From Verrucomicrobiota bacterium (GTDB lineage: Bacteria > Verrucomicrobiota > Verrucomicrobiia > Limisphaerales > AAA164-E04): a stretch of DNA of 64,000 nucleotides. Position numbers and translations under genes: made by a program. Of this stretch, positions 1-11,227 are shown in pieces. The stretch lies in contig CP170459.1 in the NCBI GenBank assembly GCA_047947115.1, positions 2,560,001 to 2,624,000 on the forward strand. The letters are read 5' to 3'. The stretch's first letter is position 1; every line of letters starts with the position of its first letter. The notes below the pieces were generated by a model. The model made no database searches, was not told the DNA's origin, and worked only from the letters and a program-made list of their open reading frames with translations.

Positions 1-53
1 GCAACCCGGACGCCGCTTCGGTTAGCTTGAGCTACGAAATTCTTTCACCCTTA

Positions 54-95
54 ATTCACCATTCTAAATTCACTATTCACTATTCGTAATTCCCT
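54..95. repeat. Six tandem heptamers (ATTCNNN) overlapping the stop codon of the ABC transporter gene
   Basis: attcacc attctaa attcact attcact attcgta attccct read directly from the sequence; related copy at 24969-25006. Confidence 0.7.
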
Positions 96-1980
96 GCCGT
101 TTTGCCATGGCGGCAAAGAAGCCTTGGCGTTTGAGGAGTTCGTCGAAGCTTCCTTCCTCCACGATCACGCCTTCTGATAGGACGATGATACGGTCCATTT
201 TGCGAAGGGTAGAGAGGCGATGCGCGATGCAGATGACGGTGCGGTCCTGAGCCAGATCGTCGATGGCGGCTTGCACTTCGGCTTCGGAGGCGGAGTCCAG
301 TGCGGCAGTGGCTTCGTCGAGGACCAGGATAGGGGCGTTGCGAACGAATGCGCGGGCGATGGAGATGCGCTGTCGTTGTCCCCCGGAGAGTGAGGTGCCA
401 CGCTCACCAAGGATCGTTTGATAACCTTCCGGTAGTTTTTGAATGAATCCGTCGGCGTGCGCATCTTTGGCTGCTTTGCGGATGGTTGCTTCGGTGGCGT
501 TTTCACAACCGCATCCGATGTTCTCCATTACGGTTTGGTCGAATACGACCACATCCTGACTAACCAAAGCCATTTGGTTGCGGAGGTCTGATTGTCGGAA
601 TTGTCGGTAATCGGTTTCATCCAACTTCACACTTCCTTCGGTTGGATCAAAGAATCGAAAGACCAGGTTTATCAATGTGCTCTTGCCTGATCCTGATTCG
701 CCTGCAATGCCCAGCTTCTGGCCTCTGGGGATCGTCAGGTTGATCTTGTCCAGGACCTTGGTTTGATCGTAGGCGAAGGATACGTTTTCGAATCTTAGTG
801 ATTCGGAGAATTGAGTCAAAGGAGCCGGGGTATCCGGCTCGGTAACGGTTGGCTTTTCTTCCAGCACGCGCATCAAGCGGTCAACGCCGATGCTGGTCTT
901 TTCGATCATGACGTGCAGGTTGGCAAGTTTTTTCACGGGGGAATAGAATGTGGCCAATCCGGCGAAAAAAACCACCATGTCCGACATGCTGCGTTCGGTG
1001 GCAACGACGAATAAAATCAACCCTCCCATGGCGGCAACTCCCATGAATTCCACGAGCGGTCCCACTTTTTCCTGGGAACGAATGGTCTTCATGGTGTGAC
1101 CAAAGAGTCGGCGGGAAAGGGTGCCGAATCGGGACGTTTGAAGGGATTCCAGCCCGTATGCCTTGACCACTCGAATGGATTGAAGCATTTCGACGATCAG
1201 GCTGGATTGGGTGACGTTGGTCTCAACGGCCTTTCTACTCGCCTTGCGCGCTTTTTTGCCGAAGACCAGAATGGCGATGAGCACAAAAGGCAGTATCAGG
1301 AAAAGTGTCATGGTTAATTGCCAGTCCAGAATCAGCAGCAATATGAACACCGACATCACAGTCATAGGGGAGGTGATGCTGTTGCGTACGCCTGAACTGA
1401 GGCACATTTGGAGCATGGCTGTGTCTCCGTTGATGCGCGTGAGCATGTCCCCCATTTTGGCTTTGTTGAAATAGTCTAGCGACAAGCCGCTCAGGGTGTT
1501 GAATACTTTGATCCGCAGATCGTTGACCACTCTTTCTCCAACCCAACTGATACCATATTTGGACAGGAATTCCATGCTACCACGAAAACCTGCCACAAGG
1601 GGTACCAGTAAACAGGCTCCGATGATGTGCCGGGTGGTTAGTGGTTCGCCGAATCCGGGTAACCATTGTTCGGCTAGTGAGTCGGAGTATGCTTTCAGGT
1701 GATCCTCACGGGTTTTGATCCATTCCACCAATTGGCTTCCCATGCCTTCCGGAGTCGTGTCCTCTTCTATTAGGTTGGGGAGCTCATTTGGAAGTTCTTC
1801 TACGACCAGTTCTTTGGGAGGTTCCGGTTCGAGGCGGTGGAGTACGGCCTTGATGGTCCATAAAACGAAGGCATTGGACACGCCAAAACAAAGCGCTGCG
1901 GCTATCGAGAGCCAGAGGCGTGTCTTGTAGGGACGTAGAAACGGCCAGCTAAAGCGGAGTATGGCAAGTGCTTTGTCCAC
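73..1980 (-). CDS. ABC transporter, fused permease/ATP-binding protein (MsbA-like exporter)
   Basis: N-terminal TM helices, Walker A GESGSGKST, signature LSGGQRQR, Walker B ILVLDEATAALD, H-loop IAHRLST. Confidence 0.9.
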   Translation of the reverse strand: MDKALAILRFSWPFLRPYKTRLWLSIAAALCFGVSNAFVLWTIKAVLHRLEPEPPKELVVEELPNELPNLIEEDTTPEGMGSQLVEWIKTREDHLKAYSDSLAEQWLPGFGEPLTTRHIIGACLLVPLVAGFRGSMEFLSKYGISWVGERVVNDLRIKVFNTLSGLSLDYFNKAKMGDMLTRINGDTAMLQMCLSSGVRNSITSPMTVMSVFILLLILDWQLTMTLFLILPFVLIAILVFGKKARKASRKAVETNVTQSSLIVEMLQSIRVVKAYGLESLQTSRFGTLSRRLFGHTMKTIRSQEKVGPLVEFMGVAAMGGLILFVVATERSMSDMVVFFAGLATFYSPVKKLANLHVMIEKTSIGVDRLMRVLEEKPTVTEPDTPAPLTQFSESLRFENVSFAYDQTKVLDKINLTIPRGQKLGIAGESGSGKSTLINLVFRFFDPTEGSVKLDETDYRQFRQSDLRNQMALVSQDVVVFDQTVMENIGCGCENATEATIRKAAKDAHADGFIQKLPEGYQTILGERGTSLSGGQRQRISIARAFVRNAPILVLDEATAALDSASEAEVQAAIDDLAQDRTVICIAHRLSTLRKMDRIIVLSEGVIVEEGSFDELLKRQGFFAAMAKRQGITNSE

Positions 1981-2401
1981 AATGTGTCAGCGGCATGCTG
2001 GGTGTGACGGACCCTGCCCGATAACGGGAATGGTCTTTAGAGTTTGACTGCGGTGTCCGATTTGCATGACTAAGTTTTTGTTCATATCAATACAGGCAAC
2101 GTCCTGAATCGGAACAATCAGAACCGAAGCGAGTCGAAAATGCAACTGGTGATTTGCGTTTGAGAAAGCACTACAGGTAGAGCTGACCGTCCCGGTCCGC
2201 ACCTTGTGGCTTACGTGATCAAAAAGGTCATCCAAAGGAAATCCTGAGGTGGAGTCATCGCGTTGGCCTTATCGGGGAGCATCGAAAGTAACAGTTTATT
2301 GAGAATCGCAGGCTTTCCAAAACGGGAGTTGAACGAGCTGATGGATGCCTTAAGGAGGCGCGCCGAGGACGGCACGATCTACCTTGATGAGCCAAGAATG
2401 T

Positions 2402-2977
2402 TCATTCAGCGGCTTCGCTGGAAGTTTCTGAATCTCCCAATTCCCTTGGAGCATCGATCAGAGACTGGATTACCTTTTCCAATTTTTCAAATTTGACCAG
2501 CCCCATGAACTGTTTGTTGATGCGTCCTTCCGCATCAATGACGAACGTTTGCGGGATAGCAGAAAAATTCCCGTAATCAGCCACCATCTTTGAGTTGCCC
2601 ATCAGGATCGGATAATTAACTTTCTCCGTTCGCACATAACGCTTTACCGGCCCAAGCCCCTGATCAAGACTAATCCCCAGAAAAGTGACTCCTTTGTCCT
2701 TGTATGCGGCATGCAACTTCATGAAATCCGGCATTTCAGCGCGGCAGGGAGGGCACCAGGTAGCCCAAAAATTCAGGATGATGACTTTGCCTTTGTATTT
2801 TTCAGATTGGACGGGTTTGCCGTTCAGGTCGATCAGTTCCCATGCTGGAGCCTTTTTACCAATCTGAGTGTCGATCTCGGAACTGTAAACGGTTGAGTAA
2901 AGAAACAATGCAAAGAGTCCAAGCCATACGCATGGATTCATGTAGCTTTGCTTGATTTTATGATTCAGGTTTTTCAC
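2402..2977 (-). CDS. TlpA/ResA-family thiol-disulfide oxidoreductase
   Basis: NFWATWCPPC motif, signal/anchor segment, cis-Pro loop IPQTFVID. Confidence 0.9.
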   Translation of the reverse strand: MKNLNHKIKQSYMNPCVWLGLFALFLYSTVYSSEIDTQIGKKAPAWELIDLNGKPVQSEKYKGKVIILNFWATWCPPCRAEMPDFMKLHAAYKDKGVTFLGISLDQGLGPVKRYVRTEKVNYPILMGNSKMVADYGNFSAIPQTFVIDAEGRINKQFMGLVKFEKLEKVIQSLIDAPRELGDSETSSEAAE

Positions 2978-3149
2978 TTCGCTCCTATTTTAGCACGCCT
3001 GCATGCTGAAACCAGTTATTTGTATGACACTCATAGGAGGGTATTGTTGCTTGATTTTGAAGGTGAGGGTTTTAAGCTCACCGATCAATCAGGTTGTTTC
3101 AGTCAAAGGGGGAACTCTGTTCCTGTGGGGGTGGTATGATGATAGAGTT

Positions 3150-3740
3150 ATGAAAAATAGTATTGTTGTTATTGGAGTGGTGGGAGCGATTTGGTTCAGC
3201 GTCTTGCAAATTGGTTTGGCGGACCCTGGTACACTGTTTGCCGAGCGCAAGGCGGCTCTGGTGGCAAAGTTTGATGCAAATGGTGATGGCCGGTTGGATG
3301 CCGAGGAACGACTTGCCATGCGTGCCGACCGCCTGAAGCCAAATAACAAAGGAGGTTCCCGAGGTCGGGGAGGATTTATGCCTCCCGTTCTCCTGGAGGC
3401 TTTCGATGAAAACAAGAATGGCGAGATTGACGGGAATGAAGGGGTCGAGATGGATCGCGAGATGCAGCGAAGATTTCAAAAGCTCGTACAAACCTACGAT
3501 CAGAATGGAGATGGCGAATTGAACCAAAAAGAGGAAATCATGGCCTTACAAAAGGCTGTCAAAGATGGCGGCCATGATGCTTTGGATACCATGCTGGCTG
3601 GTTTTTTGTTTGGGCGTATGGGGAGTCAGGAGGATGGCAAGGATAATGGAAAACCGAATTGGAAGGCTTACGATCGAAATAACAACGGTATCGTCGAAGC
3701 GGATGAGTTGGAGGCGATGAGAGCGCAAGGATCAAAATGA
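3150..3740 (+). CDS. Secreted multi-EF-hand calcium-binding protein (start probably ATG 3150, not 3003)
   Basis: Signal-like N-terminus MKNSIVVIGVVG; four EF-hand loops DANGDGRLDAEE, DENKNGEIDGNE, DQNGDGELNQKE, DRNNNGIVEADE. Confidence 0.8.
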   Translation: MKNSIVVIGVVGAIWFSVLQIGLADPGTLFAERKAALVAKFDANGDGRLDAEERLAMRADRLKPNNKGGSRGRGGFMPPVLLEAFDENKNGEIDGNEGVEMDREMQRRFQKLVQTYDQNGDGELNQKEEIMALQKAVKDGGHDALDTMLAGFLFGRMGSQEDGKDNGKPNWKAYDRNNNGIVEADELEAMRAQGSK

Positions 3741-6403
3741 AATTGACTGAGAAGACGCCTCTTACTTTTGAAGATTTTTGCTCTATGACCGTTATCCAAA
3801 AAATGAACTTTTTCGCTTCAGTCCTGTCTTGCACCTTGATCTTGTTGGGTGCTGCGGGCTGCGAACGTCAGGAGAACACTCCTGTTCCGGCAGCTCCAGC
3901 TCAACAAGCCGGCGGGCGTATGGCGGTGCCTCCGCCAGCCGAAGTGAATGGGATCGCCGATTCGAATGAGGCTCCTGTCTTGTTTATAAGCGAATTTCTC
4001 GCAGCCAATGATCAGGGGGTGGAAGATGAAGATGGGGATCGTCTGGATTGGATTGAAATCTATAACCCGGGACAAAAGCCCGTGGATCTGTCTAAATACG
4101 GTTTGACGCAGGATCGCCAGTTGGAGACTGTGTGGCCGATGACCGGTATCCTGTTGGGGGCAGGAGATTTTCAATTGATCTTTGCGTCTGGAAAGGACCG
4201 ACGAGAAGCCGGGGGTGAATTGCATGCCGATTTCAAGTTAAGCAATCAAGGAGAGTTTCTCGCCCTGGTATTGCTTGATCCCCGTCAGTTGGTTCATGGA
4301 TTCGGATCGACCTACCCGTCTCAGCAGAGTGATGTGTCTTATGGCATCTCGGCTGATTGGAAAGCCGGCGAGTTTCTTGAGGATTACGAAAGCTTTTTCC
4401 TGAATCCGACTCCAGGGTCAACCAATGGGGACATTCTTTTCGGATTTGTGGAGGACGTCGTGGCCAGTCATGAACGCGGATTCATGGAAACTCCCTTTGA
4501 ACTGACCCTGAGCACGCCGACTTCTGATGCTGTGATTCGCTATACCCTAGATGGCTCAGAGCCTACCTCTGAACACGGTAATGTCTATGACGCTCCGATC
4601 CAGGTGGAACGTTCTTCAGTGTTTCGGGTGGCCGCATTCAAAGATGGGCACCACCCTTCCGACATTGAAACGCTGACCTTTTTGTTTTTAACTGATGTGG
4701 TGAAGCAGTCTCCCGATGGTTTGCCGCCTGTTGGTTTTCCTTTTGAATGGGGGCAGAATTTTGTGGATTATGGTATGGATCCGGAAGTGGTCGAAGATCC
4801 AGCCTACTCAGCCAGCCTTATCAAAGGGCTGCGTGATTTGCCTGCCATGTCCATTGTGATGGATGTTCAGGATTTGTTCGGCGAGGAAGGGGGTATTTAC
4901 AGCAATGCGGGTCGAGACGGACGTCAATGGGAGAGGCCTTGTTCGGTGGAATACATGTTTGCCGATGGTAAAGATGGATTTCAGATTGATTGTGGAATAC
5001 GCATCAGAGGCGGGTTCAGTCGGGCCCGCATGAATCCAAAACATTCTTTCCGCTTGTTTTTTCGGGATGAATACGGACCATCCAAATTAACCTACCCTCT
5101 GTTCGGGGGCGATGGAGTGAAGAAGTTTGACAATATCGATCTTCGCACCTCCCAGAATTACAGCTGGAGTTTCGGTAGTGACGGAGAGCATGGATTGTTC
5201 GTCAGAGATTTGTTCAACCGCGACCTCCAGCGCGCGATGGGGCATTTGTCCCCTAACGGGGAATTTTGTCATTTGTTTATCAACGGCGCCTATTGGGGAC
5301 TTTACAATACCTGCGAACGTCCGGAAGCTTCGTTTGCTTCGGCTTACCTGCCGGGTGGGAAGGATGATTTTGATGTGATCAAAATCAACAATGGATCGCG
5401 AGAAGAACGAACTTTCGCCACCGATGGTAACACCGATGCCTGGCAGAAACTTTGGAGTTTAGCTCGTGACGGTGTGGCATCCAATGAAGCCTATTTCAAA
5501 TTGCAGGGAAAAAATCCGGATGGCACGGATGATCCGGAAGGGACCGTCCTGCTTGATGTGGATAATCTGATTGATTACATGTTGATCATTATCTGGTCCG
5601 GAAATAAAGACGCCCCCGTGTCCGCCTTTATGGGGGATAATGGTTCCAATAACTGGTATGGTTTTCGTAATCGAAAGGGGCGCGAAGGATTCCGGTTCAT
5701 TGTCTGGGATGCCGAGCATACCATGCTCAAGGAGGATTTGGAAATTGATCGGACAGGACCATTTCCGGCAGGGCGGGAATTTTCGACCAGTAACCCTCAA
5801 TACATCTGGCAACAATGCCAGGAGAACCCGGAATTTCGACTGCGGGTCGCCGATCGCATCCATCGACATTTCTTTAACCAGGGTGTGTTGACCGTGGCGC
5901 GCTTGATTCAGCTGTTTGACAATCGGACTAAGCAAATTGAAGATGCGGTTATTGCTGAATCCGCTCGTTGGGGAGACTCCGATGGGCCCAGATTTGGTGG
6001 AGGCGGTGACAATCCGGGAATGCCTCTGGGTCGAGACGAACATTGGCGGAAAGTGGTGGAATATACCCGCGAGGAATACTTGCTAAAAAGGTCGGACATT
6101 GTCCTGGCCCAACTGTTCGCCCATGGGCTCTATCCTGATTTGGAACCTCCCAGTGCTTCGAGATCTGGTGAAGGAGCGGCAGCCCAATGGGTGATAAGCG
6201 CCCCAGCTGGTGATGTTTTCTACACACTGAATGGTTCCGATCCGCGTCAGGTGGGGGGAGACAGAAGCGCTGATGCATTGGAATACTCTGGCCCGATCAA
6301 GGCCGATGATTCGATCCACACGATAAAAGCTCGATCTTATCTGAACGGTGAATGGAGCGCTTTGCTGGAGTTGGAGTTGCTCTCGGCTCCAGCCAATCTC
6401 TAA
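3737..6403 (+). CDS. CotH-kinase family lipoprotein with lamin-tail and Fn3-associated domains
   Basis: Lipobox-like LLGAAGC; LTD motif ISEFLAAN..DEDGD..DWIEIYN; IRYTLDGSEP; CotH-type RIRGGFSR..PKHSFRL, YWGLY..CER, WDAE. Confidence 0.8.
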   Translation: MKLTEKTPLTFEDFCSMTVIQKMNFFASVLSCTLILLGAAGCERQENTPVPAAPAQQAGGRMAVPPPAEVNGIADSNEAPVLFISEFLAANDQGVEDEDGDRLDWIEIYNPGQKPVDLSKYGLTQDRQLETVWPMTGILLGAGDFQLIFASGKDRREAGGELHADFKLSNQGEFLALVLLDPRQLVHGFGSTYPSQQSDVSYGISADWKAGEFLEDYESFFLNPTPGSTNGDILFGFVEDVVASHERGFMETPFELTLSTPTSDAVIRYTLDGSEPTSEHGNVYDAPIQVERSSVFRVAAFKDGHHPSDIETLTFLFLTDVVKQSPDGLPPVGFPFEWGQNFVDYGMDPEVVEDPAYSASLIKGLRDLPAMSIVMDVQDLFGEEGGIYSNAGRDGRQWERPCSVEYMFADGKDGFQIDCGIRIRGGFSRARMNPKHSFRLFFRDEYGPSKLTYPLFGGDGVKKFDNIDLRTSQNYSWSFGSDGEHGLFVRDLFNRDLQRAMGHLSPNGEFCHLFINGAYWGLYNTCERPEASFASAYLPGGKDDFDVIKINNGSREERTFATDGNTDAWQKLWSLARDGVASNEAYFKLQGKNPDGTDDPEGTVLLDVDNLIDYMLIIIWSGNKDAPVSAFMGDNGSNNWYGFRNRKGREGFRFIVWDAEHTMLKEDLEIDRTGPFPAGREFSTSNPQYIWQQCQENPEFRLRVADRIHRHFFNQGVLTVARLIQLFDNRTKQIEDAVIAESARWGDSDGPRFGGGGDNPGMPLGRDEHWRKVVEYTREEYLLKRSDIVLAQLFAHGLYPDLEPPSASRSGEGAAAQWVISAPAGDVFYTLNGSDPRQVGGDRSADALEYSGPIKADDSIHTIKARSYLNGEWSALLELELLSAPANL

Positions 6404-6439
6404 ACCGAGATTCTCCTATGCTTTCAGACCGAGTGTGGT

Positions 6440-7339
6440 ATGGTCTGGCTTATGAACTTTATGAAACGTAACAAGGAAAAATGCCTATGGTTTTTTCTTT
6501 GTCCGGCCATTTTGATTTTCCTTCCATCGCAACACTGCGCCGCCCAGCAGGAGGGGATCATCAAGGCCACGCATGTTGCTGGCAGTGTGCACATGCTTGA
6601 GGGGCGCGGAGGCAACATTGCTGTCTCGGCGGGTGAGGATGGATTGCTGATTGTGGACAATCAATTCGCCGACCTGGCGCCTCAGATCGAAGCCAAGTTG
6701 GCGGAGTTAGGCAAGGGGGACCTGAAGTTTGTGCTGAATACCCATTTTCACAACGATCATACCGGAGGGAATGCTCATTTTGGTAAGAAAGCCACCATTG
6801 TCGCCCATGAAAATGTTCGGGAACGTTTGGAGGGGAAAAACGATACGCCAAAAGCGGCTTTGCCTGTCATCACTTTTCGTGAGGCTTCTTCGGTGCATTT
6901 TAATGGGGAGGAAATCCGTTTACTCCACCTTGGGCCGGGGCACACGGATGGTGACGTGATTGTCTGGTTTACCGGGTCCAATGTCATTCACATGGGAGAC
7001 CAGTTTTTCAATGGCCGTTTTCCTAATATCGATCTGGGTAATGGCGGAAGCGCCGCCGGGTATCAGAAGAATGTCAACACTGTCCTCAAGCATCTGCCCG
7101 AAGGGGTCCAGATTATTCCTGGACACGGTGCGCTGGCGAGCAAGGATGACTTGGCACGGTTCGCTTCCATGTTGTCCGATACAATCAATCCTGTTCGTCA
7201 ATCAATCAGCCTGGGCAAAACACTTGATCAAATCAAAGCGGCCGGTGTGGATGAACAATACAAGACCTGGGGTGTTGGTTTTATCAATACCTCCCGCTGG
7301 CTTGAGATGGTTTACAATTCCTTGACTTCGGAACCCTGA
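6440..7339 (+). CDS. MBL-fold metallo-hydrolase (cyclase-like), secreted
   Basis: THFHNDHTGGN, GHTDGD, HMGD and IPGHG metal-binding motifs. Confidence 0.85.
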   Translation: MVWLMNFMKRNKEKCLWFFLCPAILIFLPSQHCAAQQEGIIKATHVAGSVHMLEGRGGNIAVSAGEDGLLIVDNQFADLAPQIEAKLAELGKGDLKFVLNTHFHNDHTGGNAHFGKKATIVAHENVRERLEGKNDTPKAALPVITFREASSVHFNGEEIRLLHLGPGHTDGDVIVWFTGSNVIHMGDQFFNGRFPNIDLGNGGSAAGYQKNVNTVLKHLPEGVQIIPGHGALASKDDLARFASMLSDTINPVRQSISLGKTLDQIKAAGVDEQYKTWGVGFINTSRWLEMVYNSLTSEP

Positions 7340-7402
7340 TCGTGACGACTCGGTCCGTTCTCCAATACAACCATCATCATTGATTCGTAGCGTCCGCGAT
7401 TC

Positions 7403-10400
7403 ATGGAAAAAGCAACCGGAACCTGGCATATCTGGGCCGATACGGGAGGCACCTTTACGGATTGTCTCGCGAGGAATCCTGCGGGGCGACTTCGTCGCGC
7501 CAAAGTTTTGAGCAGTGGCCGCCTGCGTGCGCTCGTGCTTCAGGTGGCCGATGACAGGTCTCTGCGCCTCGCGGTGGCTGCGGAAATTCCCGACGGTTTT
7601 CTGGACGGAGCAAAGTTGGTGATTCCAGAAACAGGTCATACGGTGGGAACGGTCAAGTCTCACCTTGCTGTCAACGGCATGTGTCATTTGACGGATGACG
7701 CCGAGGGTTCTCTGAAAACGGGGGATTTGGTGGAACTGGACTTTGACGAAGAAGCTCCCATCCTGGCGGCCAGGGTGGTGACCTTGACTCCGTTTAACCA
7801 AAAGCTACCCCCATGTGTGTTCCATCTGGCCACGACCAAAAGCACCAACGCATTGTTGGAACGGAAGGGTGATCGAACGGCATTTCTCGTGACAAAGGGG
7901 TTCAAGGATCTGCTTCTAATAGGAGATCAAAAACGTCCACATCTCTTTGATCAGTTGATTCAGAAAAATCCACCATTGCACGAACTTGTTTTCGAAGTGG
8001 ATGAGCGTCTTGACTCTGGGGGCAATGTTTTGAAATCTCCAGCCGTTTCAGAACTGCAATCCATGGCTGATCAATTGATCCAACGGGGGATCAAAACAGT
8101 GGCCATTGCTTTTCTGCATGCTTTCAAGAATCCCCGGCACGAAACCATGGTGGCTGAGTTGTTAAGGTCCTGTGGAATTGCATATGTTTCCTGTTCTTCT
8201 GATTTGGCGCCTTTTGTTAAGTTGCTTCCTCGTGCTGAAACCGCCGTTGTGAATGCGTATCTTACGCCTTTGATGCAGACCTATCTGGACCAGGTTGAGC
8301 AGGCGTTGGGAGAGGGGCTTTTTCGTATTATGACGAGTGCGGGAGGATTTGTCTCTCGTCGTGATTATACCGCCAAAGACAGTTTGCTGAGCGGTCCGGC
8401 GGGAGGATTGGTCGGCGCTGCCACGGTTGCGAAACAGTGCGGGGAGCTGAAGACCATTGCTTTTGACATGGGAGGGACGAGCACGGATGTGGCCAGGTTT
8501 GATGGGAAATATGATTACCAATTCGAACAGCGCATCGGTGGGGTGCGCCTGCTATCGCCGTCCCTCAAGATTGAAACGGTTGCTGCCGGAGGCGGATCCA
8601 TTTGTCATTTTCATCATGGAGCGTTTGAAGTGGGGCCGGAAAGTGCGGGGGCTTCGCCGGGGCCTGCGGCTTATGGCGCAGGGGGGCCTTTGACAATCAC
8701 CGATGTCAACCTGCTCCTCGGCAGGATGGATCCGGATATGTTTGGCATACCGGCGGATGTGCAAGCTTCGTCGTACGCAGCGCTTGAGGTGCTGAAATCT
8801 GTGGATGCAGATCGGCGGCGGCAGTTAAACCTCGAAAGCATGCTCCAGGGTTTTTTGGAGATTGCTAATGAACGCATGGCCGATGCCATCAGGGGGATCT
8901 CCGTTCGGGAAGGGTATGACCCTTCTGAATATGCATTGACCGCTTTCGGTGGAGCCGGAGGACAACATGCGTGTCGTATTGCGGAAATGCTGGGCGTGGA
9001 TCGGGTACTGTTTCCGGCGGAAGCGGGATTACTGAGCGCCTATGGTCTGGCTCACGCCCGCATGGAACGATTCATCGAACAGCAGGTGTTGGAGGTGTGG
9101 GATGAATTACAAACGTCCTTCGAAGATGTTGTGCGCGAATTGGAGGAGCAGGCAAGACAAGCGTTGTTGAAGGAAGGATTGGATCCTGATTGGGTGTCGA
9201 TTTCCCGTCGTATCGTGCAATTGCGTCTGCTCGGACAAGAGACTGCTGAGTCTGTGGACTGGAATCCTGATCTGGATTTGATTCGGGCATTTCTTGAGCG
9301 TTATGAGGAAGTGTATGGATATTTGCCCGAGAACAAACCGGTTGAAATCGTCTCCATTCGTGTTGTATCCACGACGCGTGCTCTCAGTGTGGAATCAGAA
9401 GTGTTTGCATCTTCTCGTTTGGCAGAACCACGAAAGTCGATCAGAAGTTTCATCAACGGAACCTGGCAGAGCATTCCGGTGTTCAGTCGGGACGTGTTGG
9501 TTCCGGGGGATGACATTCAGGGACCGGCTTTGGTTCAGGACCGTTTCAGTACTTTGTCCATCGACACCCATTGGAGAGCGTCCGTAGGTTCGGCTGGAAC
9601 ACTTCGAGTGGACCGTGTTGTGGTAAAGCAAAAGGATCGAACTGCCGATGCTTCTTCCTGTGCCGGGGATATGGAATTGGAACTGTTCACGCATCGGTTT
9701 TTCCAATTGGTGGAGGAGATGGGGTTGATGCTCGAGCGCACGGCCATCTCAACCAATGTGAAGGAGCGGTTGGATTTTTCCTGCGCGTTGTTGGATGCCG
9801 AAGGAGAACTGATCGCGAACGCACCCCACATTCCGGTTCATTTAGGAGCGATCGGCTTGTGTGTGCGCCGAGTTGCGGCCGATTTTGAGTTGAGGCCGGG
9901 AGATATGATCGTGACCAACCACCCGGGTTATGGTGGATCTCACCTGCCGGATGTGACGGTGATCAGTCCGGTTTTTGATCGTAAAAATGTTCTGATTGGA
10001 TTCGTGGCCAACCGGGCGCACCATGCGGAACTGGGTGGCATCCGTCCGGGATCCATGCCTCCCAATGCAGGTCACCTGGGGGAAGAAGGCGTGGTGATAC
10101 CTCCGACCTACCTTTATCGTGAGGGAAGACCTTGTTTTGAAGAACTGGAGATCATTTTGATTCAGGCCGAATACCCCTCGCGCAGCCCTGATGATAACAT
10201 GGCCGATCTGCAAGCCCAGGCTGCCGCCAACCGTAAAGGGGGCAATGCGCTTCAATTTCTTGTCGATACATACGGATTACAAACGGTGCAGGGATACATG
10301 CGAGCGGTGAAGGAACATGCGTCGAAGTTGCTTTCCGAGCGGTTGGCCATGTTTGAGCCGGGTGTTTACCAAGCGGAAGAATCCTTGGATGACGGGGCGC

Positions 10401-11227
10401 TGCTCAAGGTAAAGATCACTTTGTCCGAAATGGGGGCCGCTTTTGATTTTACCGGGACATCGCCCACACATCCCGGTAACCTGAATGCGACTCCGGCCAT
10501 TGTGCACAGCGTCGTGTTATACGTGTTGCGGTTGTTGCTGACAGATAGCATTCCTTTAAACGAAGGGTTGTTGGAACACGTTAGAATGACACTGCCATGC
10601 TGCATGCTGAATCCTGTGTTCGACATGGAACCCGATCGATGTCCGGCGGTGGTCGGTGGCAATGTGGAGACGAGTCAACGTTTGGTGGACTTGTTGCTCA
10701 AAGCGTTGAAGGTGATGGCATGCTCGCAGGGAACGATGAATAATCTCATCATTGGCAATGACAAGGTCAGTTACTACGAAACTGTTTGTGGTGGTGCCGG
10801 AGCCAGTGCTCGGGGAGCGGGCGCGGATGCCGTCCATACCCACATGACCAACACAGCCATCACCGATCCCGAAATCCTTGAAAACCGATATCCCGTGCGC
10901 TTGCACCAATTCGAAATTCGAAATGGTTCCGGAGGAGACGGAAAACACAGGGGTGGGGATGGGATTGTGAGGACACTGGAATTTCTGGAACCGCTTGCTC
11001 TTTCGCTTTTGACTCAGCATCGAACATCCGGACCCTATGGCATGGATGGCGGTTTGGCTGGTCAGACCGGCCGTCAGCGACTGATGCGTCAGGGTGGTGA
11101 GGAGGTGGAACTGGCCCCGGTCTGTGGCACGGAAGTTTTGCCGGGAGACAGGCTGATCCTTGAAACCCCGGGCGGAGGCGGGTATGGTAGCCCCTGTGAT
11201 TCAAAGGTGTCATCCAAGGCTACTTGA
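7403..11227 (+). CDS. ATP-hydrolysing 5-oxoprolinase (fused hydantoinase A/B-type)
   Basis: [66 protein letters not shown]. Confidence 0.9.
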   Translation: MEKATGTWHIWADTGGTFTDCLARNPAGRLRRAKVLSSGRLRALVLQVADDRSLRLAVAAEIPDGFLDGAKLVIPETGHTVGTVKSHLAVNGMCHLTDDAEGSLKTGDLVELDFDEEAPILAARVVTLTPFNQKLPPCVFHLATTKSTNALLERKGDRTAFLVTKGFKDLLLIGDQKRPHLFDQLIQKNPPLHELVFEVDERLDSGGNVLKSPAVSELQSMADQLIQRGIKTVAIAFLHAFKNPRHETMVAELLRSCGIAYVSCSSDLAPFVKLLPRAETAVVNAYLTPLMQTYLDQVEQALGEGLFRIMTSAGGFVSRRDYTAKDSLLSGPAGGLVGAATVAKQCGELKTIAFDMGGTSTDVARFDGKYDYQFEQRIGGVRLLSPSLKIETVAAGGGSICHFHHGAFEVGPESAGASPGPAAYGAGGPLTITDVNLLLGRMDPDMFGIPADVQASSYAALEVLKSVDADRRRQLNLESMLQGFLEIANERMADAIRGISVREGYDPSEYALTAFGGAGGQHACRIAEMLGVDRVLFPAEAGLLSAYGLAHARMERFIEQQVLEVWDELQTSFEDVVRELEEQARQALLKEGLDPDWVSISRRIVQLRLLGQETAESVDWNPDLDLIRAFLERYEEVYGYLPENKPVEIVSIRVVSTTRALSVESEVFASSRLAEPRKSIRSFINGTWQSIPVFSRDVLVPGDDIQGPALVQDRFSTLSIDTHWRASVGSAGTLRVDRVVVKQKDRTADASSCAGDMELELFTHRFFQLVEEMGLMLERTAISTNVKERLDFSCALLDAEGELIANAPHIPVHLGAIGLCVRRVAADFELRPGDMIVTNHPGYGGSHLPDVTVISPVFDRKNVLIGFVANRAHHAELGGIRPGSMPPNAGHLGEEGVVIPPTYLYREGRPCFEELEIILIQAEYPSRSPDDNMADLQAQAAANRKGGNALQFLVDTYGLQTVQGYMRAVKEHASKLLSERLAMFEPGVYQAEESLDDGALLKVKITLSEMGAAFDFTGTSPTHPGNLNATPAIVHSVVLYVLRLLLTDSIPLNEGLLEHVRMTLPCCMLNPVFDMEPDRCPAVVGGNVETSQRLVDLLLKALKVMACSQGTMNNLIIGNDKVSYYETVCGGAGASARGAGADAVHTHMTNTAITDPEILENRYPVRLHQFEIRNGSGGDGKHRGGDGIVRTLEFLEPLALSLLTQHRTSGPYGMDGGLAGQTGRQRLMRQGGEEVELAPVCGTEVLPGDRLILETPGGGGYGSPCDSKVSSKAT

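Noticed and set aside
1987..2400. ~400-bp intergenic region with short ORFs or a possible ncRNA
   Set aside because: No recognisable protein or RNA motif and no convincing stems by eye.
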